This document shows positions 61,926-64,000 of a stretch of 64,000 nt of DNA, piece by piece. How positions within the stretch are numbered: position 1 is the stretch's first letter; every line of letters begins with the position of its first letter. The stretch covers positions 59,398,001-59,462,000 of the forward strand of contig NC_045696.1 of the NCBI RefSeq assembly GCF_009834535.1, in the 5' to 3' direction. The stretch comes from Camelus ferus. Lineage: Eukaryota. Under the pieces are notes generated by a model. The model searched no databases and had not been told where the DNA came from. It saw only the letters and a list, made by a program, of their open reading frames with translations. The position numbers and the translations under genes are program-made.

Positions 61926-63564
61926 ATAGGTAATATGGTATATTTATATGATACCATATTATTTATGAAGCCCCTTCATAACTAGGTTCCCATTTTGAAG
62001 CCATATAAATCTCTGTAAGGGATACAGAAGTTGATCAGACAGAGCCTGGCTGTAGTTACCCCACATATGACCTCTGTCACGTAGAGTAAGCACACGGTTA
62101 TGGCAATGCATGGGAAGAGCGCTTATCCCAGAGGGGATGGAGTGGGATGGGGAGGGGTCTAACAGTAAGAGAGGACTTCCTGGAGGAAGAGGCATGTGAG
62201 TTGAGCATTGAAATATGAGTAGATGTTGTCTAGGCAAAGATGGAGTTGGGGTGGGCAAGCACAATGGCATAGGGGGATGAGAGGCTAAAGTCTAACACAA
62301 AACTGAAACTAGTAAAGAAGTTAATAGAGATGTGTATAAAATGTTGTTTGAGTGAGTAGGGAAGATCAGGGAAGACCCCAGGGAGAAGGTGGCATTTGAA
62401 TCTGACCCCTTAGCCAGATGGTAATGGGAGTGGTTCACTGATGTGGCCAGGATGGAATCCAGAGGGGTGGTCTGGGCTTCAGTGAGCCAGGGACCTGGGG
62501 AGGAGCTGAGGGAGCAGGGATTGGGAGGAAGTGACACTTGGCTCCCTGAAGCCACACCCTGGTCTGAGGTTGTCATCTGTAGGCACGCTGCCCTGCTGCC
62601 CAGATCCCAGAGCAAGCCTTGGCTTGAGACACTGGTACCTTACCCCCTGCTCCCCAAGCTAAGGTCTTTGAGTCTTCTCATGTGACAGAAGAGGCAGATC
62701 CACAGGCCAGTGAGCAGACAGGTCACGTGAGTATGGGAATGAACTGGGAGTGGTTTAAAGAATGAAGAGTTTAAGCTTCCCCTGAAGGCACTTGAAAGCA
62801 TTATAAACAATAGTAACAACTGTGCCTAATAAAACACTTTGGGGGCCTGGGTTCAATGGTGGGCTGCTAAACTGTAATCTCTGTTAGCATGGGGTACCAC
62901 CAGGACAGCAGAGGGCCAGGAGTGACATGCTGATTCATTGGTTCCTCACCGCCCACCATAGAGGCCTTCTGCACCTGACCAATCAGACCCAGGACCATCG
63001 TCATAGAGTTCACAGCTCCGTGGGTCAGAGGATGACTCTGGGGCATCAGATGTGAGCAGGACCCACCAGGACCCAGAGAGACACCCAGAACTTGCCCAGA
63101 AGTTTAAATAAGGCTACCAGGTCAGGTGTATGATAAGAAGCAGGAACTCCATTAGTGATTTCATGGCAATTTAGAAGTACAGAGGGAGGCCGGGGAAGAC
63201 AGCTCTCCAGTGGGCATCTGGTTAAGCACAGACAGCTACAATGGGGAGGGCAGCGGCCAGGCCCTTAAGGGAGAGTCTCCCTAGGCCAGCAGAGGAGGAG
63301 CTTGGTCTTTGCAAAAAGAACCAGAGAAATGCACTGCAAGGACAGAACTCCTCCCAAGCCAGGGCTTACAATAAATGACGCCACTCGAGGGAGCATGAGG
63401 CTATGGAGAGAGAAACCTGCTAACATTTTTGACCGACTTTTGTATAGCATAGCTGTTGGTTCACCTTGCAAACGTTGTTCTGACTGTATAGTTGTGTGTT
63501 ACCTACTGTTTATTAATGCCTGTCCTCATCTGATTTAGACAAAGTGCGTTTCACTGAACTCTCA

Positions 63565-63735
63565 CAAACCATACCTAAGAGAGTCAACGTGTTATTCGTA
63601 GATCACCTGGGGAGACTCCTGGGCCTCATCCCGGACTGATTTTTATCAGAATATCTAAAAGCTGCCCCCTAAATCATGACTCTAAAACAAGTGTCCTAGG
63701 TGATAATGAAAGTCAGTGAAGTCTGAGAAGCATCA
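63565..63735. mobile_element. MER5-like MITE
   Basis: gatcacctggggagactcctgggcctcatccc...tatcagaatatct...cctaggtgat...gtcagtgaagtctgagaagca. Confidence 0.6.
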
Positions 63736-64000
63736 TCATAAAGAGGTGCAAATGCTGTTTTGAGGCAGCATGGGCTCGCTGAGTGAACCTCCCCCCCCCC
63801 CACCAAAGACATGTAATGCACAAAAGAGTAAACGCTGTAGAACTGTCTGATCAGTCATCTGGCCGCTCACTATACACTTATGTCCTGGGCCCGAGAGCTC
63901 CTGAGCGTCTATGAATCAGTTCACAGCTCAGTTGGAAGGGACTCTAATTTATCACAAAGGGTGAGAAGCTGGCTAAAGGGATCCAGGTCTCCAGCCCCTG

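Noticed and set aside
1..64000. The several hundred 60-230 aa ORFs in the supplied track
   Set aside because: They have no recognisable domains, overlap on both strands, often use non-ATG starts and fall in repeats or intron. They match what chance gives in mammalian DNA. The real KALRN exons are too short to appear in the track.
1..64000. CRISPR arrays, operons or prokaryotic defence systems
   Set aside because: The sequence is eukaryotic intron DNA, with no regularly spaced repeats and no gene-dense organisation.

Overview
This is mammalian genomic DNA, almost certainly camelid (alpaca, llama or camel), judged from two Vic-1-type tRNA-derived SINEs and a young artiodactyl-type L1. The window lies inside the 5' part of KALRN (kalirin RhoGEF kinase) on the + strand. 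Only two coding exons are present, 38616-38690 (75 nt) and 46320-46434 (115 nt). Together they encode the start of the Sec14/CRAL-TRIO domain (G-SFRNDGLKASDVLPILKEKVAFVSG-GRDKRGGPILTFPARSNHDRIRQEDLRKLVTYLASVP-S). The rest is intron: the end of the long first intron, all of intron 2 and the start of intron 3. It is filled with MIR, L2, L3/CR1, old L1M, MaLR/ERVL LTRs, hAT MITEs and microsatellites. Almost every ORF in the supplied track is spurious; the exception is 45117-45470, the C-terminus of L1 ORF2p. I found no convincing new biological system. The best leads are an orphan poly(A)-tailed retrocopy with target-site duplication (TSD) splitting an old LTR (3.3-3.6 kb), a very young sense-strand L1 near exon 3, a ~220-bp local direct duplication (48.3 and 49.4 kb), a (CG)10/(GGA)11 promoter-like island with a consensus splice donor in intron 3, and several candidate unannotated 5' exons or microexons upstream of exon 2. 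Repeat family names are from recognition by eye and need RepeatMasker/Dfam confirmation.
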